Shown: positions 10,121 through 21,547, numbered from the stretch's first letter. The stretch: DNA of 64,000 nt from an uncultured Hormoscilla sp. (GCA_963921275.4 OZ001293.3:224001-288000); one strand, 5' to 3'. The notes: generated from the sequence alone by a model not told the origin. Made by a program: numbers and translations.

Positions 10121-12231
10121 TATGGGTTACTGACCGATCTGATCTGACTCTTTTCAAGTTGATCGATCAGCATTTCCTGGCTGCGGGCGGGTGCTTTGCA
10201 TTTTAGTCCCTGACACACTAATCCTACTACATCACCTGGTAGTTCTGTTGCCAGATTAAACTCGGCTGTGGGTAAGTATTGGTTGCTGAGAATTTCTATC
10301 TGGTCTTTTTTCGTTCTCACCAGGGTTTGATTGTGATACCAGTCCAGGGCTGCAAATAGGCTGGGACAGGCTTGCGGTGCTTGGTTCATAATCACGCTGA
10401 AGGCTTTTAATCCCTCTTCTGCCCGATCGAGATATTCCAGATTTTCTGTCAGTAGGGTCAGGCGGACTAAGTTGCTGATCGCCACTCCATTTGCTGCTGG
10501 CGTGGCATTGTCTCCATAGCTCCTTTCCCGCACTATTAGATCGTCACTGGCATCATTTGCCGTGTTATAATATCCTCCTAGCTCCAAACTCCAGAGGAAG
10601 TCATCAAACTCTGATTGCACTGCGATCGCATGAATTAACCAAGATCCATTTGCCAGATCGCATGCATGTAAATCCAGCAAAGCTTTGATCCACAGGGCAT
10701 AATCTTCTGATTGCGCCATGACTGCCAGTTCACCTTCATAATTTACCCTGTATAAGCGCCCATCCACCCATTGATTTTCCAGAATAAAATTCGCAGCGCC
10801 TGTTGCCAATTCCAGGTATTCTGTGCGCCCGAATACCCTGGCAGCTTTGGCCAGACCGGAAATCATCAAGCTATTCCAGGCTACTATCATTTTCGGATCC
10901 GTTACTGCCGGAATTCGCCCTGGCCAGTTGCCAGTTTTGGCTTCTTCGTTGTTGCGGGCTGGGGGAAAGGTTTTGATCTTCTCTGGGGTGGCACCGTAAC
11001 GGACGGCAAACAATTTTCCTAATGCTGTTTCCAGGCTATCTGATAATTTTCCTAGCTGAGTCCGCTGCAAGACATTTTTGCCTTCAAAATTTCCCCCGGA
11101 CGTGACGGTAAATTGCTGCTGCATTTCTGCCAACTCTTCTGGGGTCAGTATTTCTGACAGTTCGCCATAGGTCCAGACGTAAAATGAGCCCTCTTCTGGT
11201 TCTTGTGCTGCTGGGGAGGTGAAACTGTCAGCATCTTGGGCGGCGTAGAAGTAACCTTGGGGGGATGTCATTTCTCGCTGCAGCCATGCTACAGTACCTT
11301 CGATCGCTCTTTGGAAGGCTGGCTCTTTTATCCCGGCAGTCCATAAGTCCGCCAGATACTCGATAATTTGTCCATTATCGTAGAGCATCTTTTCAAAGTG
11401 AGGCACTGTCCAAGTCGGATCGACGGTGTAGCGATGAAACCCTCCCGCCACATGGTCGTAAATGCCTCCCAAGGCCAGGTCATATCCCCGTTGCCTACAG
11501 GCATTTTTAGCGCAGCGTGTCCCATCCTTCGATGTCTCCCGGACGCACGGCGAAAACCCGGGAGACATCGATGTCACATTCAACCGACTGCCCCGCAATG
11601 CCATTTCTGCATAGGGGATCATTGGGAAACTCGGACCACCCATGCTTTTCGATAAGAGGATCCTGGCGCACGTTTGAGCCCCTTTGAGTAGTAAATCATC
11701 TTCTAACTCGTCAGTTCCTGGCAGGATAGCTGCTTGCTGAAGAGTCCCCAGGATCTCTTCTTTGAATGATGCTAGCTTTTCTTTTTCCGTGTCGTAGAAG
11801 CGGCGAATTGATTGTAGCACTTCCAAAAATCCCGGACGCCCATAGCGCGGTTCCACTGGGAAGTAGGTGCCACCGTAAAATGGGATGCGATCGCCTGGCG
11901 TCAGAAAGATGTTCAAGGGCCAACCTCCTTGTCCTGTCATCATCTGTAACGCCTGCATGTATATGCTATCTATGTCTGGTCTCTCTTCTCGGTCTACCTT
12001 GATCGGCAGGAATTTGGCATTCATGTAGTCGGCGATCGCCCGATCGGAAAATGCCTCTCCTTCCATTACCGTACACCAATGGCAGCTGGAATAGCCGATC
12101 GAGAGAAATATTGGTTTATTCTCCTGCTGGGCCTTTTCTAGGGCTTCCTCACACCAGTCCCACCAGTCGATCGGGTTTTCCGCGTGCTTGCGCAGGTAGA
12201 GGCTTTGGGCTTTTGCCAGGCGGTTAGTCAT
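10120..12231 (-). CDS. Thioredoxin-domain protein YyaL/SSP411 (DUF255)
   Basis: [46 protein letters not shown]. Confidence 0.92.
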   Translation of the reverse strand: MTNRLAKAQSLYLRKHAENPIDWWDWCEEALEKAQQENKPIFLSIGYSSCHWCTVMEGEAFSDRAIADYMNAKFLPIKVDREERPDIDSIYMQALQMMTGQGGWPLNIFLTPGDRIPFYGGTYFPVEPRYGRPGFLEVLQSIRRFYDTEKEKLASFKEEILGTLQQAAILPGTDELEDDLLLKGAQTCARILLSKSMGGPSFPMIPYAEMALRGSRLNVTSMSPGFSPCVRETSKDGTRCAKNACRQRGYDLALGGIYDHVAGGFHRYTVDPTWTVPHFEKMLYDNGQIIEYLADLWTAGIKEPAFQRAIEGTVAWLQREMTSPQGYFYAAQDADSFTSPAAQEPEEGSFYVWTYGELSEILTPEELAEMQQQFTVTSGGNFEGKNVLQRTQLGKLSDSLETALGKLFAVRYGATPEKIKTFPPARNNEEAKTGNWPGRIPAVTDPKMIVAWNSLMISGLAKAARVFGRTEYLELATGAANFILENQWVDGRLYRVNYEGELAVMAQSEDYALWIKALLDLHACDLANGSWLIHAIAVQSEFDDFLWSLELGGYYNTANDASDDLIVRERSYGDNATPAANGVAISNLVRLTLLTENLEYLDRAEEGLKAFSVIMNQAPQACPSLFAALDWYHNQTLVRTKKDQIEILSNQYLPTAEFNLATELPGDVVGLVCQGLKCKAPARSQEMLIDQLEKSQIRSVSNP

Positions 12232-12790
12232 CTGTATTATCAGTCTATTGGAGTAACTTTACCTTATTTTGCACCCAAATCTGATAGCGCTGCGCTTTCA
12301 GCGCAGCCATGCTTTGGGCACCGTCTCAAGAAACTCATTCCCAGGCCATCGCTTGGGAATGAGCGGAGGTGCAGGTTATCATTCTAACTCGGGCCTGCTG
12401 TCAAATTGCCCGAGCGCTCTCTTTTCTCTGGCCCTCCCCCTGCTTCTTCTACAAACATTGCTATAATTTATCATTATCATTGACAGCATATCCGAGCGTT
12501 ACATAATTAAGAAATCTGGTCTTGGCTTCTGGGCTACTAAGGTTCTATGGGGAAATTACCTGCTAGAATTATTAAGACATTTGTAATTCATAGAGGGGTC
12601 TGTTTATGGTCACCCCCCTCAGTATAACTGTGAACCTACCCGCTGACCTCAGTCCGGTGTCTCCTAAGTAGTGCGATTACGATCTTTCCTGCCTACCTTC
12701 AGTATATTTCATCGGTTGTTACTTGCTAATCGTTAATTGTTACTTGCTAATTGTTAATAATCTGAAACCTATCTCATTGACAATCAACTC

Positions 12791-14245
12791 TCAATAATTA
12801 GCAAGTCTTAGTAGGCATTGCCACCGTGGCCTCGACACGGGATGCGGTGGCAGCCAGAGGTTTTTATTGGCGCGATCGCGCCGACCTTTCATTACCATCT
12901 TCACACCCCCAGCAGGGGCGAGAGCACCGCCTCGAAGCCACTGCGGCTTAACGGGTCGCTTATCAGCCAGTTCTAGTTGATAGTTTGACAGGATCGTTGC
13001 CAAGACCAACTTCATTTCATACATGGCCAACCCTGAGCCAATACAGCGACGCACGCCGCCGCCAAAGGGGAGAAACTCATAGGGAGAGTATTGACGTGAT
13101 AAAAAGCGCTCTGGCTTAAACTGCTTCGGTTCTGGATAGATATCCTCGCGCTGATGAGTCAGATAAATACAGCCAATCACCCCTGTACCAGGGGGCAATG
13201 AGTAGCCCAATAGTTCAACTGATTCTTGCACCACCCGTAGAAAAGTTACTGGTAAAACTGGATAAATGCGCAGGGTTTCATTGCATACAGCAGTCAGATA
13301 AGGCAATTGGAAAATACTCGTGGGGTCTGGGTTGGGATTGCGCTGCGCGCACGCTACGCGAACGAGAGTAGCCAATTCGGCCAGCAACTTGGCGCCAACT
13401 TCTCTCAGGTGATGAACCCAGTACAATGCCCAAGCCATTGCCGTTGCCGTGGTCTCCTGACCAGCTATCAGCAAGGCGAGCAACTGATCGTGTAATTCTA
13501 CATCAGTCATGGGCTCACCTGCTTCATCCTGGGCTGCTATCAATAGGGAGAGGATATCCGTGCCGCTGGGGTCGGGTTGCTGGCGGCGTGAAAATATTTC
13601 GGCGTAGATCAGTTCGTCAACAAGCTGCCGTTGGCGAATAAACTTGCCCGAAAGACTCCACGGACCCAAATCCCGTCGCAGCCCTGGAAAATAGAAGAAA
13701 CTGGCAGTTAAAGGAGACTGAAAAATATCCAGCATGGAACTAAGACTTTGCTTGAGGAGTTCTTGTCCCTTGCCCTCACTCACGCCAAACACTGCTTGTA
13801 AAATGACTTGCATTGAGATCTCTTCCATAGCGCTACGAGCAGAAAAGGGTTTACCCGGAGGCAATTTGCTCATCACTTGGGAGGCAATCTTACAGATGAG
13901 TTTACCGTAGGAGAGCAGGCGATCGCCATGAAAGCCAGACATCAACAGCTGGCGCTGGCATTGGTGGCTTGTGCCCGACAGCATAAACAATGAATATTCC
14001 CCTGCCAAGGGTTGGAAATGAATGTTCAGCTCGCCAGGAGCTGTAAACTGCTTAGTATCATTGGTAAAAATCTGCTGCAACGCCTGGGGGTTGCTGACGA
14101 ACACTCGGGGTTTGCCCAATACCAAAGTATTGAAGATGTCACCTCCGTCTCGAAGAGCGGCTGCTTCCATGTAGCCCACCGGATCGGTAACCCACTGGAC
14201 GATATGCAAAATTTTGGGAGTTGACGGACCTTCAGGATATTTCAT
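12791..14245 (-). CDS. Cytochrome P450 (CYP110-like)
   Basis: AGQETTA, ETLRIYP, PERF, FGGGVRRCIG heme motif. Confidence 0.9.
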   Translation of the reverse strand: MKYPEGPSTPKILHIVQWVTDPVGYMEAAALRDGGDIFNTLVLGKPRVFVSNPQALQQIFTNDTKQFTAPGELNIHFQPLAGEYSLFMLSGTSHQCQRQLLMSGFHGDRLLSYGKLICKIASQVMSKLPPGKPFSARSAMEEISMQVILQAVFGVSEGKGQELLKQSLSSMLDIFQSPLTASFFYFPGLRRDLGPWSLSGKFIRQRQLVDELIYAEIFSRRQQPDPSGTDILSLLIAAQDEAGEPMTDVELHDQLLALLIAGQETTATAMAWALYWVHHLREVGAKLLAELATLVRVACAQRNPNPDPTSIFQLPYLTAVCNETLRIYPVLPVTFLRVVQESVELLGYSLPPGTGVIGCIYLTHQREDIYPEPKQFKPERFLSRQYSPYEFLPFGGGVRRCIGSGLAMYEMKLVLATILSNYQLELADKRPVKPQWLRGGALAPAGGVKMVMKGRRDRANKNLWLPPHPVSRPRWQCLLRLANY

Positions 14246-14363
14246 CGGTTGTTACTTGCTAATCATTAATTGTTATTTGTTAATTGTTAATAATCTGAAA
14301 TCTATCTCATTGAAAATCAACTCTCAACAATTAGCAATTATTAGTAGGCACTGCCACCGTAGT

Positions 14364-15122
14364 CTAGGTGGCAGCCAGAGGTTTTGCTTGGCGCGATCGC
14401 CTTCGATGTCTCCCGGGAGCTCTACTCGCACTACCCGGGAGACATCGACCCAACATTACCATCTTCACATCTCCAGCAGGGGCGAGAGCAAGACCTTGGC
14501 GCTGAGGTTTTACCGGTCGCCGCTCGACAAGTTCCAGTTGATAGTTTAACAGAATAGTTGCCAAGACTAACTTCATTTCATACATGGCCAAAGCCGCACC
14601 AATACGCTCCGGGCCCCCGACGCTGCGAGACTGGCCCCAGCGCCAAAAGGCATAAACTCATAGGGAGAGTATTGACGTGCTAAAAAGCGATCGGGCTTAA
14701 ACTGCTTCGGTTCGGGATAGATATCCTCGCGCTGATGAAACAGATAAATACAGCCATTCACCACCGTACCAGGGGACAATGAGTAGCCTAGCAGTTCAAC
14801 ATCTTCTTGCACGCTCCGGGCCCCCTACGCTATCCGGTCGTAAGGTGAACATCGCCACTGGATAAATGCGCAGGGTTTCATTGCAGACAGCAGTCAGTTT
14901 GACAATGCTTGTCGGTGAGGAATTCTCATCAATAGTATCGAGTTCAGCCAGCAGCCGTTCGCCAACTTGGGACAAGTGATGAGACCAGTATAATGCCCAA
15001 GCCATTGCCGATGCCGTGGTTTCATGACCAGCAAACAGCAGCGTCATTAACTCGTCGCGCAATTCTTGTGAGGTCATTGGTTCCCCTGCTTCGTCGCGGG
15101 CATCCATCAGCAGGGAGAGGAT
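14364..15122 (-). pseudogene. Cytochrome P450 pseudogene (5'-truncated, frameshifted tandem paralog)
   Basis: Three ORF pieces with AGHETTA, ETLRIYP, PDRF; heme motif broken by a small repeat insert. Confidence 0.88.
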
Positions 15123-15326
15123 AGATGGAGTTGCCGCAAAAATGTGGGAGTTTTGGGACCGTCAGGCAGTTTTTTCATCGTTTGGCTTCCTCGACAAGAC
15201 TTCTTTCAATTATGACAATAACATATTTCTTTGCTTTTCATCTGGCTATCTGGCAATACACTGCTCCTGCTCTACCCCACCAAGCTGTAAGATTTATTGA
15301 ATACTCTTGCAAACATATCTCAGAAG

Positions 15327-17525
15327 ATGACTGAATTTACAACAATTCCCAGTTTTTGTCAAGGAATTCAATATTTTGGCGAGGCACTGCCCGGATGGTC
15401 AGAGTATGGAAAGGAACCGGCGATCGCCCAGGGCAAGCAGGCGATCGCCTCCCCATCGGACAAGAGTGCTGTCTTTCAAACCCTGTTGGCAGGGGACGCC
15501 CTGCGCTATCTGACCCTACAAGTCACGGCGAGTAAAGCTTCCGGACACCCAGGGGGTTTTGCGAGCATTGCTGAGGCGATCGCGGCCCTGGTGATGCTGG
15601 GTTACAAGCACATCATCACGGAAGTGGGACATCATGCCCCGGGATTCTACAGCAATATGTTCCTCGATCGCTCCCTGGAGGATATGGGGATTGAAACGGT
15701 ACAGCAAATGCGCGATCGGTTCCGGGAAATGCACGGACTGCTGGGACATCTTTCCGGACAAATTCCCGGACTCCTGAACCCTGCTGGCCCCCTGGGACAA
15801 GGACAGCACTTCGCCATGGCAGGGGCCAAACTGCATCCGGACGTACTGTTTCCCGTAACCATTGGGGATGGCGGCATTGGCGAACCCTACATCATGAGTA
15901 GCTTCAGTCACTTCCACACCGCCTATCCCCAAATTACCAACTTCCTGCCCATCTTAGTCTGGAACGGCTACAGCCAGGAACACCACAGCATGGTCTCTAC
16001 CAAATCCAATGCCGAGATGATAGCATACTGGGAGGGTAACGGATTTGCAGAAATCATCCTTGTCAATGCCAAAGACTACGATGACGCCAACCAACCAAGC
16101 GAATATGTCGATAGCACCAATTTCTCCTGGCAAAAGCGCCTAGAATTCACCCAAGCAGTGCTAGAAGCAACGGACAAAGCCGCGAAATCTGCCATGTCGG
16201 GCAAGTTGACGGTGCTGATAGTCAAGCAGTTGAAAGGTGCAGGGGTCCACAAACGGGGGGCAAAATCCCACAACCTCTATCCTGGAGACACTGTAGAAAA
16301 AGATTACATCGTTAGTGCCCTGAAAGCCCGGGCCTTAACCCCCGAAGCTTGGGATTTAGTGCGGACTAACTTTGAACGGGCCGCAGGCGGACCAGCATCC
16401 CGTCAAGTAGTGACCGAGAAGGAATTGCCATTACCCGAGTTGGGAATATTGCCTTTAGAGGAATTTCCCCTTGAGGGCGACAAGAAGGTCGCGACGACGG
16501 CAATGGGTGGTTTAATTGCCCATGTAGGCAAAAGCGACCCTAATTTCATCCTTTCTAATGCTGATGGAAATGCCGCATCGGGGATTAATAATGTCAACGT
16601 CGCCTTGAAAATCGTTCATCCCACTATTGACGAAACCTATTTCCAAGGGCCCCAAGGTCAAGTTTACGAACCCTTGAGTGAAGACGCTTGTGCGGGGTTA
16701 GCTGCCAGTTTGGCCTTGTTTGGCGCCCGGACCTTGTGGAGTTCCTACGAATCTTTTGCCATCAACGGTTTGCCTATTTGGCAAACCGTGACTCAAGCAA
16801 TGGCAGAATTGCGCCGTCCTACTCCGGCGACGATTACCTTATTTACAGCGGGGGCCTTAGAACAAGGACGCAATGGTTGGACCCATCAACGGCCTGAAAT
16901 TGAAAATTACTTTGCGGCCATGATGCGGAATGGAAATGTTTTTCCCCTATTCCCCTGCGATGCTAATAGTATCCAAGCCTGTTACGAGTGGGCCCTAGGC
17001 ATGAAGAATAAGGGGATTACTATTACTGCGAGTAAGTCTCCCTTACCCGTGCGATCGACCTTCGATCAAACCCGCAAGGCGTTGCAGGATGGCGGGGTAA
17101 TATTGCAGGAAACGGAAGGGAAAAAGAAAGTCGTGTTTGCGGTAATTGGGGACATGACCTTAATTCCCGTATTTGATGCAGCTGCATCTTTAGCAAATGT
17201 CGGAATTGGCGTGCGGATAGTCTCAGTTATCAGTCCGCGCCGCTTGTATCGTCCCGAGGATACCGCTTGGCAAACTTGTACGGAAGCTGACGGACATTTC
17301 TTAGATGATGCCGGGTTTGAGAAGTTGTTTGGCGGTGATGGGTTAATTGGCGTGACCGGGGGGACTAGCGCCATGCTGGAACCAATCATGTTGCGGAGTA
17401 ACGTCAAGCGGGATACCTTTGCCTGGAAGCGAGGGGAGACAGCGTCGAGTGCTGGGACAATCATGGCCTATAATGGTTTGACTGCTGAGGCTTTGGCGAA
17501 ACGCGCTGAAGAGTTGGTAAGGTAA
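15327..17525 (+). CDS. Phosphoketolase (ThDP-dependent, transketolase-like)
   Basis: SGHPGG, GPLGQG, GDGG..N ThDP motif, NGWTHQRPE. Confidence 0.82.
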   Translation: MTEFTTIPSFCQGIQYFGEALPGWSEYGKEPAIAQGKQAIASPSDKSAVFQTLLAGDALRYLTLQVTASKASGHPGGFASIAEAIAALVMLGYKHIITEVGHHAPGFYSNMFLDRSLEDMGIETVQQMRDRFREMHGLLGHLSGQIPGLLNPAGPLGQGQHFAMAGAKLHPDVLFPVTIGDGGIGEPYIMSSFSHFHTAYPQITNFLPILVWNGYSQEHHSMVSTKSNAEMIAYWEGNGFAEIILVNAKDYDDANQPSEYVDSTNFSWQKRLEFTQAVLEATDKAAKSAMSGKLTVLIVKQLKGAGVHKRGAKSHNLYPGDTVEKDYIVSALKARALTPEAWDLVRTNFERAAGGPASRQVVTEKELPLPELGILPLEEFPLEGDKKVATTAMGGLIAHVGKSDPNFILSNADGNAASGINNVNVALKIVHPTIDETYFQGPQGQVYEPLSEDACAGLAASLALFGARTLWSSYESFAINGLPIWQTVTQAMAELRRPTPATITLFTAGALEQGRNGWTHQRPEIENYFAAMMRNGNVFPLFPCDANSIQACYEWALGMKNKGITITASKSPLPVRSTFDQTRKALQDGGVILQETEGKKKVVFAVIGDMTLIPVFDAAASLANVGIGVRIVSVISPRRLYRPEDTAWQTCTEADGHFLDDAGFEKLFGGDGLIGVTGGTSAMLEPIMLRSNVKRDTFAWKRGETASSAGTIMAYNGLTAEALAKRAEELVR

Positions 17526-17557
17526 TACCCTCAAGCTATGCCTCAGACAGACACCCG

Positions 17558-17752
17558 GCCACCGATACCATCAATGGTATCGCTACTGGTACAAAGCCCG
17601 CCTGCGCGGGCTACAATTTCCCTCAGACCGATACCTAGCCACCGATACCCGACCGCCGATACGATAAATGGTATCGCTACAGGTACAAAGCCCGCCTGCG
17701 CGGGCTACCATTGAGGGAAGTTTTCCCCCATCCGGCCACCGATACCATAAAT
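17558..17752. repeat. REP-like repeats upstream of the tyrosine transposase
   Basis: Two copies of CCGATAC..GGTATCGCTAC.GGTACAAAGCCCGCCTGCGCGGGCTAC (GTAG-footed palindrome on the minus strand) plus partial copies. Confidence 0.8.
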
Positions 17753-17782
17753 GATGACGGATATATTTGGAGAATTAAACTG

Positions 17783-18259
17783 ATGTCGAGAAATTTCTCA
17801 CAATTATACGTCCATTGCGTTTGGGCAACTTGGGGGCGGTTGCCAATAGTAACACCGGATATAACAGATATTGTTTATGCTGCGATCGCCCGTCAACGTC
17901 AGCTATTAAATTGTACAGTAATTGTGATCGGCGGAGTAGCAGACCAAGATCACTTATTGATTAGCTTTCCACCTAAGTTAACTATATCAGATATAGTCGG
18001 TCAAGCGAAAGGCAGTGCCTCTCATCTCATTATTCATAAAATTAAGCCTAATGAATTTTTCAAATGGCAGGGTGGCTATGGAGTATTTACTGTCAGCAAG
18101 GGTAATTTAGACCGAGTTGCAGAATACATCAGGAACCAAGTTATTCATCATCAACATAAAAAATTCATCCCAGACTGGGAAATCCCGGACGAGGTGAACC
18201 CAATGCCAAAGGGTTCCGGGGTGGGTGCGACGCTCAGCTTGCGCAGGCGGGCTTTGTGA
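17783..18259 (+). CDS. IS200/IS605-like Y1 tyrosine transposase, REP-associated (RAYT-like); HUH motif degenerate
   Basis: LYVHCVWAT, WQGGYG, YIRNQ..HH; DQDH in place of the usual DHVH; flanked by REP arrays. Confidence 0.8.
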   Translation: MSRNFSQLYVHCVWATWGRLPIVTPDITDIVYAAIARQRQLLNCTVIVIGGVADQDHLLISFPPKLTISDIVGQAKGSASHLIIHKIKPNEFFKWQGGYGVFTVSKGNLDRVAEYIRNQVIHHQHKKFIPDWEIPDEVNPMPKGSGVGATLSLRRRAL

Positions 18260-18690
18260 GAGTAGCCCTACCCTTTAGGGTTGGGGCGATCGGGTAAGGG
18301 CGATCTGGTGCGACCTCTGCCCGCGCAGGCGGGCTTTGGATTTGTAGCCCTACTCTTTAGGGTTGGGGCGAGGGGATGGGGGCGATCAGGTGCGACCTCA
18401 GCCTGCGCGGGCTTTGGAGTTGTAGCCCTACTCTTTAGGGTTGGGGCGAGGGGGTAAGGGCGATCGGGTGCGACCTCAGCCCGCGCAGGCTTTGGAATTG
18501 TAGCCCTACCCTTTAGGGTTGGGGCGAAGGGATGGGGGCGATCGGGTGCGACCTCTGCCCGCGCGGGCTTTGGAATTGTAGCCCTACTCTTTAGAGTTGG
18601 GGCGATCGGGTAAGGGCGATCGGGTGCGACGTTCAGCCCGCGCGGGCTTTGGAATTGTAGCCCTACCCTTTAGGGTTGGGGCGAGGGGAT
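18223..18690. repeat. Tandem REP array, 6 units of ~78-83 bp
   Basis: GGTGCGACCTCAGCCCGCGCAGGCGGGCTTTGGAATTGTAGCCCTACCCTTTAGGGTTGGGGCG repeated six times. Confidence 0.92.
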
Positions 18691-18787
18691 GGGACGAGAG
18701 TGGGTTTCGGAGAGCGGGTGGGGCCGATATTGATATGACAACTGACCGCTAACAACTGACTAATGACAACTATTTTCCCATCAGAAA

Positions 18788-19693
18788 TTATGTCTTGAGA
18801 TTATGTTCCTTAGCGATTTCCAAATACCGATGCAAATACTCGGAAACAATCCCGTGAATGAATAAATCTCGCGCGGCATTAAAAGGACTATTGGGCGCGA
18901 GAGGATGGCGATTGGTAATTACATGATTCCATCGATAATCCCCAGTCAAAGCAGTCAGATAAAAGCCAAAATTTTCGTCAAACTGCAAAGACATCACCGC
19001 CCTGGCAAATTCATCGCTCGTCAGAAAGAGAGAATAAAATACCTTAAACAATTCGATGGCTGATTCTAAATCTATAAATTTCAGCCAGTGGTGTTTCCTC
19101 ACATCTACATCCACTTCTGGAGTCTGTATGCTATCGTAATTAATTCCTCGCTGCTTGACCTCCTCTAACCAATTGGGATTGGCTTTTTTGGCTTCGTTAT
19201 AATCGAACACGAAATTATAGAGAATTAGATCGTGTTCTAAAAAAGCATTATCGGCTAAATCAGCAATTTTACACGGGTACAGTTCAGACCTCGGCATTGT
19301 CTGATCGGATCCGTTATCAATCATAAAATTGATAAGATTAGAACCGATACACAGATGTCTGACAATCAGATAACAAGCTTCTGGCGAGACAAAATGTTCC
19401 AGGAAAAAAGCTGCCGATCGGTGCATAAAACTGTAATTGCTGAATTGAAAAGGTAGCAACCGTTTGACAGTCATAATAATTGCCAGCAGCACATTTGCCG
19501 TCAATTTGATCGGAATTAACAAATAGTTGCGAGTCCAACTTTGCAAATCCCGAATCATGTAAGTTTTCGCCAGCAAATCCACGGGGATCGCCTCATCTAA
19601 ATAGATAGCATCCCAGACCCTGGGGTTTCGGCGATCGCGCGGTTGCGGTTGGTGCAATTCTGCCATTACTTGCTGTGTTTCCTCTCGATACAT
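18788..19693 (-). CDS. Conserved hypothetical protein (DUF6999-like), third gene of the KAS III operon
   Basis: 301-aa ORF; its ATG overlaps the upstream stop (TAATG); family name is from recall only. Confidence 0.6.
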   Translation of the reverse strand: MYREETQQVMAELHQPQPRDRRNPRVWDAIYLDEAIPVDLLAKTYMIRDLQSWTRNYLLIPIKLTANVLLAIIMTVKRLLPFQFSNYSFMHRSAAFFLEHFVSPEACYLIVRHLCIGSNLINFMIDNGSDQTMPRSELYPCKIADLADNAFLEHDLILYNFVFDYNEAKKANPNWLEEVKQRGINYDSIQTPEVDVDVRKHHWLKFIDLESAIELFKVFYSLFLTSDEFARAVMSLQFDENFGFYLTALTGDYRWNHVITNRHPLAPNSPFNAARDLFIHGIVSEYLHRYLEIAKEHNLKT

Positions 19694-20394
19694 TATTGTA
19701 TTTCCTCCAGTTGTAAAAGATACAAACGAGCCGTCACCCGAGCAGTTTTGACAATCCGTTTCGCAATTTCTGGGGTCATCCATTCGGCATTCAGAATGGC
19801 ATCTAATTTGCCGATGTGAGCGTCGTCATTAGCGCCATGATAGCCCAAGAAAGATACCTGCTCGTCTTGCAATTTTAAGGTTTGTTTGATTTGTTTTGCC
19901 CACTTGCCGGCCCATTTTTGACCCAAACTTTCAATGATGAAGATACTGCCAACTAAATCTACCGGATTTTCTTGGGATGCTTGATGGAAAATAAACGCTG
20001 ATAATGCATCGCTACCAATGTTTTTTTCCGCTTGGACGATATCTTCTAAAGCGCCACCTGTGGCAACATAATTGCGCTCCAACATTTGATAATCTCGATG
20101 TTCGTCTTGGGCGTGTCCGATGAAAGTGAAACGCATGGAAAAATCGATCATGTTAGAAGCGGCCCGAGCAATCCACCGCGCCCCTTCTATCACTTGGGGA
20201 CGCAAATTTTTTAATAACGCTTGATAATCTGCTAAGGTAAATTCTCCCCGATTTAATTTGCGAATAATCGGTACGGTTTGCAATTGCCGCTCGAATTCTA
20301 ACCAAACTAACATGAGTTGGCGCAATAATTCTGCCGATACTGACGATTGCGCGGATATTGCTGGTGCATCAATTTGTGAGCTAGTCATGTTCAT
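19693..20394 (-). CDS. Iron-containing redox enzyme (heme-oxygenase-like diiron family)
   Basis: VIEGARWI, HAQDEHRD, IIE, YHGANDDAH putative metal ligands. Confidence 0.75.
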   Translation of the reverse strand: MNMTSSQIDAPAISAQSSVSAELLRQLMLVWLEFERQLQTVPIIRKLNRGEFTLADYQALLKNLRPQVIEGARWIARAASNMIDFSMRFTFIGHAQDEHRDYQMLERNYVATGGALEDIVQAEKNIGSDALSAFIFHQASQENPVDLVGSIFIIESLGQKWAGKWAKQIKQTLKLQDEQVSFLGYHGANDDAHIGKLDAILNAEWMTPEIAKRIVKTARVTARLYLLQLEEIQ

Positions 20395-20422
20395 TCTCCA
20401 ATCAATTTATAGGTTACGATCG

Positions 20423-21547
20423 TTAGACAACGGTCATGAGCAGGTAAGCTGTAGTAAATCTGCCGCTTTCGGGCACAAAGCAAAATATTTTTTGTCCCGG
20501 TAGCAGTTTGCCAGAGTTAAACAATTCCTCTAGCATTAGGTAAATGGAGGCGCAACCTGTATTCCCTTTAGTATAGAGGTTGGTAAACCACTTTTCTTCG
20601 GGAATCATGCAATCTGCTTTTTCTAGCAATTCGACTATTTTACTCTTGAAAAAATGAGATGAGTAGTGGCAAAGCAACCAATCTATTTCTCCTGGGGAAA
20701 CTCGACCTGCTTCTATCAATTTTAACCATCCTTCTATGCCCCATTTGATTACCTCATCTAGCAGGCGAATATTTTGACGCAAATTTATCGCTCCGCTGGC
20801 GGCAGCTTCTGCGTAGGATGTATAATCTAACCAGCTTTTGGACGTACTCGGATCTTCGATTCCTGCATACATGCAAACTGGATAATCGCTGGCGTAGGAG
20901 GTTAATTCTATCCATTCTACCTTCAGACTTATGCCGGTGCTATTGGGCCGATCGCGCACTAGTAAAGCACCGGCTCCATCCGATAGCATCCAGCGCAGAA
21001 ATTCCACCTCAAATGGCAATTTTTGGCCGGCTTTGATGCGGGTTTCTGCTTCAAAATTGGTGTGCTTGAACAGGCGGGAGGCTAATTCCGAGGCTACGGC
21101 GATCGCTGTCTTTTTTTTTCCTAACTGAACTTGGGATACGACATAATTTAACGCTGCTACGCCAGCGCAGCAGACTCCTTGAGTTGAAACAATTTCTAAA
21201 GAAGACAATTCTGTCAACTCCCCATGTACCATACTCGCATATCCCGGCAATAATAAATCCGGCCAGCTAGTCGCGCAAGCTAATAAATCGATCGCCGATG
21301 GTTCTAAATCTATTTGCGCTAAAGCATTTCGCACCGCCAGCGCTGCCATTTGGCTATTTGAATAAGTAGTTTTTTGCTCCCTGTCTATGGCATAATAACG
21401 CTGTTGAATGCCGTTACTTTTTAATATCTTTTTTTTCGCTTTCGACGGGCGATCGCCAACTTTACCCAAGTAGTTTTCTATTTCGTCATTACTAATTGGT
21501 TTCCCTGGCATAAATTTCCCTATGTTGGTAATATAAGCGTCGTACAT
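20423..21547 (-). CDS. Beta-ketoacyl-ACP synthase III, StlD/DarB-like
   Basis: Cys-His-Asn triad (QGVCCAG, CHYSS, KGNTG); FLRWMLSDGAGA and VPESGRF. Confidence 0.85.
   Translation of the reverse strand: MYDAYITNIGKFMPGKPISNDEIENYLGKVGDRPSKAKKKILKSNGIQQRYYAIDREQKTTYSNSQMAALAVRNALAQIDLEPSAIDLLACATSWPDLLLPGYASMVHGELTELSSLEIVSTQGVCCAGVAALNYVVSQVQLGKKKTAIAVASELASRLFKHTNFEAETRIKAGQKLPFEVEFLRWMLSDGAGALLVRDRPNSTGISLKVEWIELTSYASDYPVCMYAGIEDPSTSKSWLDYTSYAEAAASGAINLRQNIRLLDEVIKWGIEGWLKLIEAGRVSPGEIDWLLCHYSSHFFKSKIVELLEKADCMIPEEKWFTNLYTKGNTGCASIYLMLEELFNSGKLLPGQKIFCFVPESGRFTTAYLLMTVV

Noticed and set aside
18223..18690. Possible CRISPR array
   Set aside because: Linkers are short and near-repetitive rather than unique spacers; no cas genes; units are REP hairpins
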